Of a DNA stretch of 64,000 nucleotides, positions 1 to 10,436 are shown piece by piece. Within the stretch, counting starts at the first letter, position 1, and every line of letters starts with the position of its first letter. The DNA is taken from the NCBI GenBank assembly GCA_963812015.1, contig CAWETI010000002.1, positions 256,001 through 320,000 of the forward strand, given 5' to 3'. Position numbers and translations under genes: made by a program. Under the pieces are notes generated by a model. The model did not search any database. It had not been told where the DNA came from and saw only the letters and a list, made by a program, of their open reading frames with translations. Source of the stretch: an uncultured delta proteobacterium (GTDB taxonomy: Bacteria; Desulfobacterota; Desulfobaccia; Desulfobaccales; 0-14-0-80-60-11).

Positions 1-1405
1 GATATTTGGCCACGGTGCGCCGGGCAATGATCACGTCCTGGCGGCGCAGCAGATCGGCAATCTCCTGATCGCTCAAGGGGTTCTCCGGATTTTCGGAACT
101 GACCATCTGCCGGATCTTTTCCTTGACGCTCTCCGAGGCGATCTGTTCCCCCAAGGACATGTTGATGGCGCTGTTGAAGAAGAACTTGAGGTCAAAGACG
201 CCCTGGGGGGTGTACACATACTTGTTGGTGGTTACCCGGCTGATGGTGGATTCGTGCATCTGGACATCTTCCGCTACCTGGCGCAGGGTCAGGGGTTTCA
301 GGTGGGACAGGCCATGGTCCAGAAAATCCCGCTGGAATCGTACAATGCTTTCGGTCACCCGGTGCAGGGTCTTTTGCCGCTGGTGGATGCTGCGAATAAA
401 CCACAGGGCGTTATCCAGGTGCTTTTGAATATAACTCCTGACCGAGTCCGGGAGTTTATCGGGGCCTCGCATGGCTTCCAGGTAAAAGGAGTTAACCCGC
501 AGCTTGGGCAGGCCGTCATCGTTCAGGCGGATCACATAATCGTTCCCCACCTTTTCCACGTGGACGTCGGGGCTGATATAGTCCGCATCTTCATTGTCGA
601 AGCCCCGACCAGGCTTGGGTTCCAGGGTGGCGATGAGATCGCCGGCCTCCACCACCTTCTCGATGGGCACTTTCAGGTCCCGGGCGATGGCGTGATAGTT
701 GCGGTTGCCCAGATTGGACAGGTGTCGGTCGATAATATCCAGTACCAGGGAATCCTGAACTCCCAGGATTTTGAGCTGCAACTGCAGGCATTCTTTCAGG
801 TTCCGGGCGCCCACCCCCGGCGGGTCGAAGCCCTGGATGATCTCCAGGACCTGCTCAACCCGAGCCGGCTCGACCCTCATCTCACCGGCGATCTCCTCGG
901 TCGTGGACCGGAGATACCCGTCTTTGTCCAGGTTGCCGATGATCATCACCCCGATGTTATCGCCTTCCTCATCCAGTTCGGCCATCCGCAACTGCCAGAC
1001 GAGGTGGGATTTCAGGGTGGTCTTTTGCGCATTCATGGACTCAAAGGGCAGGGCTTCCCGCTCTTCGTACTCACCCATGGGGGCCGGCATGAGCCGATCC
1101 TTCAGGAAGCTGTCCCAATCCCACTCTTCCGTGGCCGATTTGGCCGCCCCGTCGGCGTTGCCTTCCTCCGGTGACGACTCACTGCCATTGGAAAAATTTC
1201 CCAGCTCTAACCCTTCTCCTTCCGGTACCTTCTCTTCTTCTTCAAACTGATCATCTTCCAGGACCGGGTTGGCTTCCAGGGCCTGGGTTATTTCGCCTAC
1301 CAGCTCCATCCGGGAAAGTTGCAGCAGCTTGATAGCTTGCTGCAATTTCTGGGTCATGATGAGAGATTGGGTAAGCTTTAAATTTTGTCTGATTTCTAAG
1401 GCCAT
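1..1405 (-). CDS. rpoN: RNA polymerase sigma-54 factor (3' end runs off window)
   Basis: Not in ORF track. Manual reverse-strand translation starts MALEIRQNLKLTQSLIMTQKLQQAIKLLQL and reaches the RpoN box IARRTVAKY at the window edge; follows lptB. Confidence 0.97.
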   Translation of the reverse strand, partial: MALEIRQNLKLTQSLIMTQKLQQAIKLLQLSRMELVGEITQALEANPVLEDDQFEEEEKVPEGEGLELGNFSNGSESSPEEGNADGAAKSATEEWDWDSFLKDRLMPAPMGEYEEREALPFESMNAQKTTLKSHLVWQLRMAELDEEGDNIGVMIIGNLDKDGYLRSTTEEIAGEMRVEPARVEQVLEIIQGFDPPGVGARNLKECLQLQLKILGVQDSLVLDIIDRHLSNLGNRNYHAIARDLKVPIEKVVEAGDLIATLEPKPGRGFDNEDADYISPDVHVEKVGNDYVIRLNDDGLPKLRVNSFYLEAMRGPDKLPDSVRSYIQKHLDNALWFIRSIHQRQKTLHRVTESIVRFQRDFLDHGLSHLKPLTLRQVAEDVQMHESTISRVTTNKYVYTPQGVFDLKFFFNSAINMSLGEQIASESVKEKIRQMVSSENPENPLSDQEIADLLRRQDVIIARRTVAKY

Positions 1406-1470
1406 CGGCTCGTCTTATAAAGAAATTCCACCCTTAGTCAAAACCCCACCGGTGGCGGGATCCGAAACTA

Positions 1471-2193
1471 TTATAACTTAAAGGTCTCTCCCAAGTAAAT
1501 TCTTTTGGCCAGCTCACTTTGGACCAGCTTCTCGGGGGGGCCTTCCTCCAGGATCACGCCTTCATTGAGGATATAGGCCCGATCGCAGACTCCCAGGGCC
1601 TCCCGGACGTTGTGGTCCGAGATGAGCACGCCCAGGTCGCGATTTTTCAAGTCCCGAATAATATTTTGAATATCGCTCACCGCCAGGGGGTCGATGCCGG
1701 CAAAAGGCTCATCCAGGATGATAAAGTGGGGGGCGGTGACCAGGGCCCGGGTAATCTCCACCCGGCGCCGCTCGCCCCCGGACAGGGCCGCAGCCTTTTG
1801 CTGGGCCAGATGGGAAATCCGCAATTCGGCCAGCAGCTTTTTGAGGCGCTCCTGCCGCACCTGGGGGTCCGGTTCCAAGGTTTCCAGGATGGCCATGATA
1901 TTCTCGGCCACCGTGAGCTTCCGGAAGACCGAAGGCTCCTGGGGCAGGTATTGCAACCCCAACCGGGCCCGCCGGTAAATGGGCAAAAGGGAAATGTCCT
2001 CGCCGTCCAGGTAAATCTTGCCGCCGTCGGGTTGCAGCAGCCCCAACACCATGAAAAAGGTGCTGGTCTTGCCGGCCCCATTGGGCCCCAGGAGTCCCAC
2101 CACCTCGCCGCTCTTCACTTCCATGGACACGTCGTCCACCACCTTGCGGCCGGCATAGCTCTTGGTCAAAGCTTGCAGGGTTAGGCGATGCAT
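1471..2193 (-). CDS. lptB: LPS export ABC transporter ATP-binding protein
   Basis: GPNGAGKT Walker A, LSGGERRRVEI, DEPFAGIDP, DHNVRE; lies between lptA and rpoN. Confidence 0.97.
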   Translation of the reverse strand: MHRLTLQALTKSYAGRKVVDDVSMEVKSGEVVGLLGPNGAGKTSTFFMVLGLLQPDGGKIYLDGEDISLLPIYRRARLGLQYLPQEPSVFRKLTVAENIMAILETLEPDPQVRQERLKKLLAELRISHLAQQKAAALSGGERRRVEITRALVTAPHFIILDEPFAGIDPLAVSDIQNIIRDLKNRDLGVLISDHNVREALGVCDRAYILNEGVILEEGPPEKLVQSELAKRIYLGETFKL

Positions 2194-2196
2194 ATC

Positions 2197-2853
2197 CTAA
2201 GGCTGGCTGCCCTTGGGGGCTTTGGGGGCTTTAGGGGCTTTAGGGGCTTTAGGGCTGATAGGCAGGCCGGCTTTGCCTTCGGAACTCCCCTGGGAATAGA
2301 GGAAGGCTTCCACCCGGCGCTGGGGCGAGCTTTCCACCAACACCTTGTCGGTCTTGAGATTATAGATGATCCGCTCCCCTTTCAGGGTATTTTCGGCCCG
2401 CCAGACCTGGGGGTTGCCCAGGAGCACCACCTCATCCCGGTTCTTGTAATAGATGGCTTCATCCCCGGTGGCCACCCGGTCCTCCTGGACAAGGTGCACG
2501 TTGCCTTTGGCCACAATATGGTCGATCTTCTCGGCCCCCACATCCCCCAGGAGGGATTGCTCCGCCTTTTCCTGGGGCGGCGTGGCGGCCCCCTTGGGCG
2601 GCTCCGGTTTGGCCATAAGATAGATCCGCAGTTGGTCGGAGTACAAGGTGGCGTCGCCGTGCACCGCCTTTACCTGGCCGGTAAAGATGATGATCCCGGC
2701 TTGCTGGTCCGCCTCCATGCGGGCGGCGGTGATCCGCAGGGGGACGTCCTCTCCCGGGCCTGGCTTTTTGGGAGCGGCGGCGTAAGCCAGGGGCGAACCG
2801 GACGAGAACAGGACCAGGAGCCCGATAAGGATTAAGAACCACCGGGGTCTCAC
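2197..2853 (-). CDS. lptA: LPS transport periplasmic protein LptA/OstA family
   Basis: Signal peptide and OstA-like motifs (FTGQVKAVHG, LLGNPQVW, LKGERIIY). GTG start chosen because it overlaps the lptC stop (GTGA). C-terminal KAP repeats. Confidence 0.9.
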   Translation of the reverse strand: MRPRWFLILIGLLVLFSSGSPLAYAAAPKKPGPGEDVPLRITAARMEADQQAGIIIFTGQVKAVHGDATLYSDQLRIYLMAKPEPPKGAATPPQEKAEQSLLGDVGAEKIDHIVAKGNVHLVQEDRVATGDEAIYYKNRDEVVLLGNPQVWRAENTLKGERIIYNLKTDKVLVESSPQRRVEAFLYSQGSSEGKAGLPISPKAPKAPKAPKAPKGSQP

Positions 2854-3437
2854 GGTTTCCCCTTCAAATCCTGGAGCCACACCTCGGTGAGGTGGTGTTG
2901 GGCTATAACCATCTTCTTGACGGCCAGTTCCACCCGCATGTCCTTGCCCTCCACCTTGAGTCCCGGTTCGATTATCACCACATCCTCGGGAGCGAGCAAG
3001 ACCCGCTCCTCGGGTAAATAGGTGGCCTCACTGGTTTGGATAGTCAGGTTGCCGCGCTTCATCTCCACCTGCCCCTTCAGGGTCAAGACCCGGGTCTTGG
3101 TGTTAAACAGCCCTGTATCGCCTTTGACCCGAATGTCTTCGCCGGGGCTGAAGAATTCCACCTGGACGCTAACGAGGCTGATCGTATCCTGGTCCGGGTG
3201 AAAATCCGCCTTTTTGGCATCCAAGACCCAGGTTTTATCTCCTTCATGAATCTCGGTGAGGGAAAGGGTCTCCATCCGGGGTTGCTGAACCGGGGCCGCG
3301 GACTTGGGCGGCGGGGGTGATGGCCGGTGGCCCCAGAGCCCCCAGGCGCCCACTCCCATCAACACCGCCACCCCCAGCCACCAAGGCCACGAGGAGCGGA
3401 GCCAGCCTGACGGCCCGTGTGCCATCCTATTTTTCAT
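2850..3437 (-). CDS. lptC: LPS export periplasmic protein LptC
   Basis: Single N-terminal TM followed by beta-rich domain (WVLDAKKA, LTLKGQVEM); position upstream of lptA. Confidence 0.85.
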   Translation of the reverse strand: MKNRMAHGPSGWLRSSWPWWLGVAVLMGVGAWGLWGHRPSPPPPKSAAPVQQPRMETLSLTEIHEGDKTWVLDAKKADFHPDQDTISLVSVQVEFFSPGEDIRVKGDTGLFNTKTRVLTLKGQVEMKRGNLTIQTSEATYLPEERVLLAPEDVVIIEPGLKVEGKDMRVELAVKKMVIAQHHLTEVWLQDLKGKP

Positions 3438-3703
3438 GCCAAATTAATAGTTTTTTCCTTGAATTATATTAGGCTTGGGCATGCCTGTAAAGGCTATTCT
3501 GGCCGCGCCCGGGTTCTCCTGGAGCCCCCGGGGAGTTTACTGGGGAGTTCCGGGGCCCTGGAGAAGGAATCCAGGCTGGCAGAGGAAAAATCCTCCCATG
3601 GGGAAATAGGCTGTATGGTGGCGCCCGCCGGTTGACACGGGCCTTTAGGAGCCTTAATAGACTTAAGATGGATTTTCTGGATGGCGGCAGCGAGAGAGAA
3701 CCA

Positions 3704-4105
3704 ATGACAAAGTATCGGATTATGCTGGCGGATGATCATAGACTGTTTCGTGAAGGTATCAAGAGAATACTTCAGGACGACCCCAATCTCACCGTGATCG
3801 GCGAGGCCGCTGACGGCCTCGAACTCCTGGACCTCCTGGACGAAAAGACTCCGGATCTGGTTATCCTGGATATTTCTATGCCCAGGCTGCAGGGACTTGA
3901 GATAATCAAGGTGATTAAGGGACTCTATCCCGAAGTTAAAATATTGATCCTGACGATGCACAAGGGCAAGGATTACGTCTATAAAGCCATGAATAAGGGG
4001 GCCGATGGCTATGTGATCAAAGAAGACGCCGATGCCGTGCTGCGGTCGGCCATAGACACCCTCCGCCGCGGCGAAACTTTCATCTCCCCCCTCATTTTCG
4101 GTTAA
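3704..4105 (+). CDS. NarL-type receiver domain protein lacking the HTH output domain
   Basis: MLADDH, ILDISMP, ILTMH, GADGYVIKE; ends right after ETFISP. Confidence 0.85.
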   Translation: MTKYRIMLADDHRLFREGIKRILQDDPNLTVIGEAADGLELLDLLDEKTPDLVILDISMPRLQGLEIIKVIKGLYPEVKILILTMHKGKDYVYKAMNKGADGYVIKEDADAVLRSAIDTLRRGETFISPLIFG

Positions 4106-4167
4106 CCAAGCATCGCTCTTTTTCCCATCGACTCCGGGCTTCCCATCCCAGGGCGGGCCTGAAAGTC

Positions 4168-4722
4168 TTAATCGGCGTCCGGCTTCTGCCAGGGGCGCAG
4201 CAGTTCCTCCCAGGCGCCCTGGGCCTTGAGGAGCAGGTCGCAGACCTCCCGGACCGCGCCCTTCCCCCCCGGCAGGTTGGTGACCCAGTGGGCCGCGGCC
4301 CTGACCTCCGGCGCCGCATCCGCCACCGCCACCCCCAGCCCCACCCGGTGGAACAGGGGCAGATCCACTAATTCATCCCCCACCGCCGCCACCTGGGGCG
4401 GGGTCAGGTTTAGGGCCGCCAAAAGTTCCTCCAGGATGCTCACCTTGTCCCGAACGCCCTCGTAAAAGTGGCTGATGTCCAGCTCCCGGGCCCGATGAAA
4501 CGCGGCGTCGGACCGGCGGCCGCTCACCAGGGCCACCTCGAGCCCGCCCCGCTGGGCCATTTTGATGCCGTGGCCGTCCCGGACGTGGAAGACCTTGAGG
4601 GTCTCCCCCTTGGCATCGAAATAGAGGCGGCCGTCGGTGAGGACGCCGTCGATGTCCAGGATCAGCAGGCGGATGCGGCGCGCCCGGGCCCAGACGTCTT
4701 CCGGGTATTTGGGTAAGTCCAC
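4168..4722 (-). CDS. kdsC: KDO 8-phosphate phosphatase (HAD)
   Basis: LDIDGVLTDG, FHVRDGHGI, GGKGAVREVCD; downstream of kdsA. Confidence 0.95.
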   Translation of the reverse strand: MDLPKYPEDVWARARRIRLLILDIDGVLTDGRLYFDAKGETLKVFHVRDGHGIKMAQRGGLEVALVSGRRSDAAFHRARELDISHFYEGVRDKVSILEELLAALNLTPPQVAAVGDELVDLPLFHRVGLGVAVADAAPEVRAAAHWVTNLPGGKGAVREVCDLLLKAQGAWEELLRPWQKPDAD

Positions 4723-4816
4723 GGCAAGGTCCTTTGCGATACGCTAAGGTGCTTAAAAATCCGGAGGTTTCAATCCCCCTTTTCTTTAGGGGGGAATTTG
4801 CCCACGGAACCCGGCA

Positions 4817-5644
4817 TCAGATTTTATCCTGCTCCCGGACCAGCCGGTGCAGCGCTTTCAGATGGCGCCACAGGGGCAGGACCTGGTCCAGAGGCAGGGA
4901 ATTGGGGCCGTCGCACCGGGCGTGCTCGGGGTCGGGGTGGACCTCCATGAACAGGGCGTCCACCCCCGCGGCCACCCCGGCCCGGGCCAGCAGGGGGATA
5001 TACTCCCGTTGGCCGCCGGAGCACGTGCCCTGCCCGCCGGGCAGCTGAACGCTGTGGGTCACGTCCAGGACCACGGGGCAGCCGAGGCCGCGCATAATGG
5101 GGAGGCTGCGGAAATCCACCACCAGGTTGTTGTAGCCGAACATGGCGCCCCGCTCGGTGAGCAGCACCCGGCGGTTGCCGCTGGCAAAAACCTTGTCCAC
5201 CACTGGCCCCAGGTCCCAGGGAGCCAGGAACTGGCCTTTTTTGATATTGACCACCTTGCCGGTGGCCGCCGCGGCTACCAGCAGGTCGGTCTGGCGGCAG
5301 AGAAAGGCCGGGATCTGCAAGACATCCAAAACCTTGGCCGCGGGTTCCACGTCCGCCACCTGATGGACGTCGGAGAGGACCGGCAGGCCCACTTCGTCCC
5401 GGACCCGGGCCAGGATTTCCAGACCCTTGGCCAGACCTGGACCTCTAAAGGAAGTGAGGGAGGTGCGGTTGGCTTTGTCGTAGGAGGCCTTGAAGATCAA
5501 GGGCAGGGCCAGCTCCCGGGCATAGTCCTTCAGGGTGCGGGCGATGCTCAGGGTGAGTTCGGCGGACTCGATGACGCAGGGCCCGGCGATCATGACCAGG
5601 TCGCCTGCGCCCACCAGAAAATCTCCGATCTTCACTTGGTGCAT
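4817..5644 (-). CDS. kdsA: KDO 8-phosphate synthase
   Basis: AGPCVIE, KASYDKANRTS, QIPAFLCRQTDL, KKGQF. Confidence 0.98.
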   Translation of the reverse strand: MHQVKIGDFLVGAGDLVMIAGPCVIESAELTLSIARTLKDYARELALPLIFKASYDKANRTSLTSFRGPGLAKGLEILARVRDEVGLPVLSDVHQVADVEPAAKVLDVLQIPAFLCRQTDLLVAAAATGKVVNIKKGQFLAPWDLGPVVDKVFASGNRRVLLTERGAMFGYNNLVVDFRSLPIMRGLGCPVVLDVTHSVQLPGGQGTCSGGQREYIPLLARAGVAAGVDALFMEVHPDPEHARCDGPNSLPLDQVLPLWRHLKALHRLVREQDKI

Positions 5645-5659
5645 AGGTTCTTAACAAAT

Positions 5660-5780
5660 TTGGGAGAGGGGGCCGGGGGCAAACAGCCACTTACAATCCC
5701 TCTCCCAAACCCTTACAGGGGGTTGGGAAGGGAGTTTGAGGGGAGGGAGAGGGGCACAGGCCCCACGGCCCTCCTCTCAA
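5660..5780. repeat. GC-rich palindromic intergenic repeat, related copy near 28580-28690
   Basis: Shared CCCTCTCCC...GGGAGTYTGAGGGGAGGG...CTCCYCTCA blocks. Confidence 0.55.
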
Positions 5781-5790
5781 AAAAATCTTT

Positions 5791-7449
5791 CTAAATCTCC
5801 GTCCCCCCCTGGGGCAGGCTCAGTTTATATGCCAGGCAGGCCCGGATATAGTCCCGGAACAGGGGGTGGGGTTTCAGGGGCCGGGACTTGAATTCCGGGT
5901 GGAACTGGCACCCGAGGAACCAGGGATGGTCATGGAACTCGATGATTTCCACCAGCTCGCCGTTGGGGGAGGTGCCGGTGATGGCCAGGCCGGCGTTCTT
6001 CAGTTGCTCCCGGTAGTGGTTGTTGAACTCATAGCGGTGGCGGTGCCGTTCCATCGCGTTGACCTGGCCGTAGGCGACCCCGGCCAGGGAGCCCTCGCTG
6101 AGGACACAGGGGTAGCTCCCCAGGCGCATGGTGCCGCCTTTGTCCGCGGCCTGGTCCCGGCGGATAATGGCGTCCTGACGGTAATCATACCACTCCCGCA
6201 TCAGATAGATGACGGGATGTTCCGCCTCGGGGAGGAATTCTTCGCTGGTGGCCCCGGTGATGCCGGCCATATGGCGGGCAAATTCGATAACCGCCAACTG
6301 CATGCCGAAGCAGATGCCGAAGTAGGGCACTTTCTGTTCCCGGGCATAGCGGATGGCCAGGATCTTGCCTTCCACCCCCCGCACCCCAAAACCTCCGGGA
6401 ACCAGGATGCCGTGGAGGTGGCCCAGGAGACCTTCGGGGCCTTCCCGCTCCACTCTTTCCGAATCGATGTAGGTGAGGGCCACCTGGACTTCGTTGGCCA
6501 GGCCGCCGTGCACCAGGGCCTCGTGCAGGCTCTTGTACGACTCCCTGAGGTCCACGTACTTGCCCACGATCCCGATTTCCACCCGGTCTTTGGGATTTTT
6601 GATGCGGGTGACCAGCTCTTCCCAGACTTCCAGGCGGGGGGCCCGGGTCCAGATATTGAGGACCTCGATGAGGCGCTCATCCAGACCTTCCTGGTGCAGC
6701 AGCAGGGGAATCTCGTAGATGTTGTCCACATCCTGGGCGGTGATCACCGCGCCGGGCTCCACGTTGCAAAAGAGGGCGATCTTGGCCTTGATGTCCTGGC
6801 TGAGGAGTTTTTCGGTGCGGCAGAGAAGGATGTTGGGCTGGATGCCGATGGAGCGCAATTCCTTGACGCTGTGCTGGGTCGGTTTGGTCTTGACCTCGCC
6901 GGCGGTCTTGATGAAAGGCACCAGGGTCAGGTGAATATAGCAGACGTTCTCTTTGCCCAAATCCCCTTTGAGTTGGCGGATGGCCTCCAGGAAGGGCAGG
7001 CTCTCGATATCCCCCACGGTGCCGCCGATCTCGATGATGGCGACGTCCGCCGAGGGAGCGATCTTCATGATCAACCGCTTGATTTCGTCGGTGATGTGGG
7101 GGATGACCTGGACGGTGCCGCCTAAATAGTCCCCCCGGCGCTCCTTGGTAATGACGTTATAATAGATGCGGCCCGAGGTGAAGTTGTGCTCCTGCCCCAG
7201 GGTGACCGAGGTGTAGCGTTCGTAGTGCCCCAAATCCAGGTCGGTTTCGGCCCCGTCTTCGGTGACGTAGACCTCGCCGTGCTGGAACGGGTTCATGGTC
7301 CCGGGGTCCACATTGATATAGGGGTCCAGCTTTTGAAAGGTGACCCGGAGCCCCCGGGCCTCCAACAGGGCGCCAATGGCCGCGGCGGCCACGCCCTTGC
7401 CCAAGGAGGACAGCACCCCACCGGTGATGAAGATGATTTTTGTTTTCAC
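5791..7449 (-). CDS. pyrG: CTP synthase
   Basis: [39 protein letters not shown] start at KTKIIF. Confidence 0.98.
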   Translation of the reverse strand: MKTKIIFITGGVLSSLGKGVAAAAIGALLEARGLRVTFQKLDPYINVDPGTMNPFQHGEVYVTEDGAETDLDLGHYERYTSVTLGQEHNFTSGRIYYNVITKERRGDYLGGTVQVIPHITDEIKRLIMKIAPSADVAIIEIGGTVGDIESLPFLEAIRQLKGDLGKENVCYIHLTLVPFIKTAGEVKTKPTQHSVKELRSIGIQPNILLCRTEKLLSQDIKAKIALFCNVEPGAVITAQDVDNIYEIPLLLHQEGLDERLIEVLNIWTRAPRLEVWEELVTRIKNPKDRVEIGIVGKYVDLRESYKSLHEALVHGGLANEVQVALTYIDSERVEREGPEGLLGHLHGILVPGGFGVRGVEGKILAIRYAREQKVPYFGICFGMQLAVIEFARHMAGITGATSEEFLPEAEHPVIYLMREWYDYRQDAIIRRDQAADKGGTMRLGSYPCVLSEGSLAGVAYGQVNAMERHRHRYEFNNHYREQLKNAGLAITGTSPNGELVEIIEFHDHPWFLGCQFHPEFKSRPLKPHPLFRDYIRACLAYKLSLPQGGTEI

Positions 7450-7689
7450 AAGTCCTTTATTATACCCAGGCAAACCCAATGTCAAGGTGAAGTCTGGAGG
7501 GATGCGGCGGAAAACCAGGGGGTTAAATCAGAGAGCGGATTTTCGGGCCGACCGGGTTTAAGCGCCTCAACGCCCCAGCGCATCACGGTCCTCCCCCGGG
7601 GAATTTTCTTCCGGAAAACTCGCCCTCGTCCCTGGCCAGTGGACGGTTCCGGGGCGAGGGGCCAACCCAGGTTTTCCTGAAACGCAGCC

Positions 7690-7914
7690 TTAGTCGTAGG
7701 AAAAGGTGGGGCCGGTGGCAAAATCGATCAGGGAGGTGGCGATGATGATCCCGGCGGCGATGAGGAGCGCGAAGAGCAGGGGATAGATGATGAGGCGGTA
7801 CCGGGGATATCGCTTCAGGCTATCCCTCAGCCATCCCAGGGCCCGGGCAAACTCCTCGGAAAACAGGACCATGATCAGTAAAAAGCCGGCAAAAAACAGG
7901 ATTTCCCTGGTCAC
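7690..7914 (-). CDS. Small two-TM membrane hypothetical protein
   Basis: 74 aa with two hydrophobic segments; same strand as neighbours. Confidence 0.6.
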   Translation of the reverse strand: MTREILFFAGFLLIMVLFSEEFARALGWLRDSLKRYPRYRLIIYPLLFALLIAAGIIIATSLIDFATGPTFSYD

Positions 7915-8202
7915 ATTACCCCGGAAGCAATTTTGGGATGAGGCGGGAGGCTTGTCGGCCGCCGCCAGAGATTTTTGTACTCCCTGCCAGTTTTTTCTTA
8001 TTCACCCCTCACCCTGACCTCCTCCCGCCAGGGGAGAGGGGAATAACCGGCAAGAACTTTTGGCAATCGCTCTCTATGAGAAGTCAGGGCAGGCGCCCTC
8101 GCCTGCCCATGGACAGCTTCGTGGTGACCCCGAAGGTGTCATGGGACGTTGGTATGAACGGGTGAGTTTGGGACCGGGTCAGGGATCACGCCAGCGCACC
8201 GC

Positions 8203-8364
8203 TTATTTTGCCCTGACTTCTATCTTGTTCAAGCCCCAGGCTAATATTATCACTGCCAGCACGCCCAAGGCCAGGAAGGGATGCGCATTGGTCTGATAAT
8301 ACAGCCAGGACCACAACTGGTAACAAAGCATGGCAAATTTTTGCCAGATGGCATCTAATGCCAT
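8203..8364 (-). CDS. Small membrane protein (53 aa), below ORF-track cutoff
   Basis: GGAGG RBS, then MALDAIWQKFAMLCYQLWSWLYYQTNAHPFLALGVLAVIILAWGLNKIEVRAK. Confidence 0.65.
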   Translation of the reverse strand: MALDAIWQKFAMLCYQLWSWLYYQTNAHPFLALGVLAVIILAWGLNKIEVRAK

Positions 8365-8455
8365 AATAACCTCCGGTTAATGAGACCGTAGCCCCTAATT
8401 TTCATTATACCATATTTCTCGTCAGAGAGAACTCACGCCGGGACTCCCCCGGCCC

Positions 8456-9193
8456 TCAGGTTAAGGGCACCAGCTCCACCCGGCCCCAGGCGCCCAGCTT
8501 CTCCCCCACGATGACGACTGCCCCGAAAATGCCCGGGAGGCCGGCGATCCATTCCAGGGCCGGGGCGATGGTATCGGGGCCCTGGACCCGGTTGCCCAGC
8601 GCGGTGGCCGCGGCATCGGCCAGGGCGGCGCTGGGGGCCAGGACACAGGCGGCGTCCGCCCGGCCGAGGCTTAGGGAATGCCCCACGGTGGCCGAAGAAG
8701 TGCATACCCCCAGGGGGCTATCGCTGGGGTCGAGTTTCAGCCCCACCCGGTGGCTCAAGGGGGATTTGCCGGCAAACAGGGCCACCGTGGCCGGCTGGGC
8801 AATGGCCAGAAAGATGTCCCCGCCGTTTTCCACGATGACTTCCGGGCTCAACGGGGCCAGATGCAGTCCCACCCGGGCCGCCAGGGCACCGGCCACTGCC
8901 GCCATGGGCCCCACTCCGGCGGCCGCGGCCGCGCCGATCATCTCCCGGACCACCAGGGGGGCAAACGGGTCCCCGGGCCAGGGGACCAGGGTGGTGAGAA
9001 AGCCGGGATGGCCCGCAATGTAGGCCTCCAACTGTTGCCGTTCCTGGATGACGAACTCCCGGACTTCCCGGGTGCAATCCCGGGCGGCCAGCACCCAGAG
9101 GTCGGTCTCCTTCACCGCCACGCGAAAACCCACCAGGCCCGGCCGGGCCATGCGGGTGCGATAGGTGCGGGGTTCGTAGGCTGGCGTGGTCAT
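8456..9193 (-). CDS. UPF0280/ApbE-superfamily protein
   Basis: YEPRTYR, ETDLW, VGPMAAVAGA, ENGGDIF, CTSSATVGHSLSLG. Confidence 0.9.
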   Translation of the reverse strand: MTTPAYEPRTYRTRMARPGLVGFRVAVKETDLWVLAARDCTREVREFVIQERQQLEAYIAGHPGFLTTLVPWPGDPFAPLVVREMIGAAAAAGVGPMAAVAGALAARVGLHLAPLSPEVIVENGGDIFLAIAQPATVALFAGKSPLSHRVGLKLDPSDSPLGVCTSSATVGHSLSLGRADAACVLAPSAALADAAATALGNRVQGPDTIAPALEWIAGLPGIFGAVVIVGEKLGAWGRVELVPLT

Positions 9194-9286
9194 GCAGGCT
9201 ATCCCCTGGCTTTCATCTGGTTTTCAAGCTCCTGCTTGGGAACCCACTTGGATCAAAGCTCCGTTTTACTGCAAGTAGGTTAACTT

Positions 9287-9414
9287 ATACCAGATTCTCT
9301 TAATTTGGGGTTTACTGTTGCAGCCGCAGGCTTCAGCCTGGGTAGGCACAGGCTTCCAGCCTGTGCCACCAAAAAAGTTGGGAGAAAAATATTCGATTGG
9401 CCGCAACTCGGTAT
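9287..9414. repeat. MITE-like element with ATACC...GGTAT ends and internal REP-like hairpins
   Basis: Ends ATACCAGATT / AACTCGGTAT; internal GCACAGGC-ttcca-GCCTGTGC; a similar right end GCAACTTGGTATAA lies near 52988. Confidence 0.5.
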
Positions 9415-9449
9415 GGGCACTTCCCTAAATGACCAACACCCCCAATTCC

Positions 9450-10334
9450 CTAACCCCTTAAGGCAATCACCCCCACGCCGGCGCACATCAATCCGGCGCC
9501 GATGAGTCGCGGCAAGAAGGGCCGCTCCTTGAGCCATAGCCCCCCCAGGAGGACGCTCAACAGAAGGCTCAGCCGTTTGACAGCCACCAGATAGGCGGCG
9601 GGCGCCAGTTCCATGCCCATCGCCAGGGTGAGGCTGCTCAAGGCAAAGCAAAAGCCCAGGATCAGCCACCAGCCCAGGTGGCCCTTAATCGCGGGCCTGA
9701 GCGGCACCCGGTTCCAGGGATACCTCGTCACCATGAGCCCAGTGAAAACCAGGGGATACATGGTCCCGAAAAAGGCCGGCGCAGAGTGCAAGATGGCTGA
9801 TTTGCACAGGGCGGCCGTCAGGGAGTAGATGGCCGCCACCAGCAACATCAGGCGGGCGCCGCGCTCTTGGCCCAGGGCCTTCAGCGGCGCCAGGATGCCG
9901 GTTTTAGTGTTACCATCGGCCCCCAGACCCAGGATGTAGCTCCCCAGGGCGATCATCACGGTACCCACCACCCCCCACCGGCTCAGGCGTTCGCCCAGCA
10001 CCAGCCAGCCGGTGAAGATGAGGAAAACCGGGGTAAAGGCCAGAAAGGGGACGCACAGGGAGAGATGGCAGACACGCAAGGCCTGCATATAAAGGAGCAT
10101 GGCGGCGGCCTCCAGGGGCAGCATGGCGGCCACGATAAACCAGAAAGGGGTCGTGAGCTGCGGCAGACTGAGACCGAGCATCACCAAGGCCAGAAACGGG
10201 ACCCCTGCCAGCAGCCGCACCAGGGCCATGCCATAGGGTGGCAGTTGGACGAAATACCGCTTGGTTACGACGTCGGCCCCGGAATCTCCCAGGGCCGCGC
10301 CCAGGCCTAAAGCCAACCAGGTCCCCATGCCCAT
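9450..10334 (-). CDS. EamA/DMT family transporter
   Basis: About 10 TM; AFTPVF...GWLVLGE and KRLSLL...LKER motifs. Confidence 0.88.
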   Translation of the reverse strand: MGMGTWLALGLGAALGDSGADVVTKRYFVQLPPYGMALVRLLAGVPFLALVMLGLSLPQLTTPFWFIVAAMLPLEAAAMLLYMQALRVCHLSLCVPFLAFTPVFLIFTGWLVLGERLSRWGVVGTVMIALGSYILGLGADGNTKTGILAPLKALGQERGARLMLLVAAIYSLTAALCKSAILHSAPAFFGTMYPLVFTGLMVTRYPWNRVPLRPAIKGHLGWWLILGFCFALSSLTLAMGMELAPAAYLVAVKRLSLLLSVLLGGLWLKERPFLPRLIGAGLMCAGVGVIALRG

Positions 10335-10436
10335 ATCGCGGTTTTCCGGGGTAGTTTGAGGAAAGTGGGCTCAGGCCGGCAAGCCGTTCCCCAACCACCC
10401 ATCCTCTGCAGAAAGAAAGTTCAAGTAAGGGCCGGG

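Noticed and set aside
254..1174. Long plus-strand ORF (306 aa) and similar shadow ORFs (4847-5794, 5866-7125, 11032-12603, 28709-29740)
   Set aside because: Antisense to well-supported genes; an expected artefact of high-GC codon bias.
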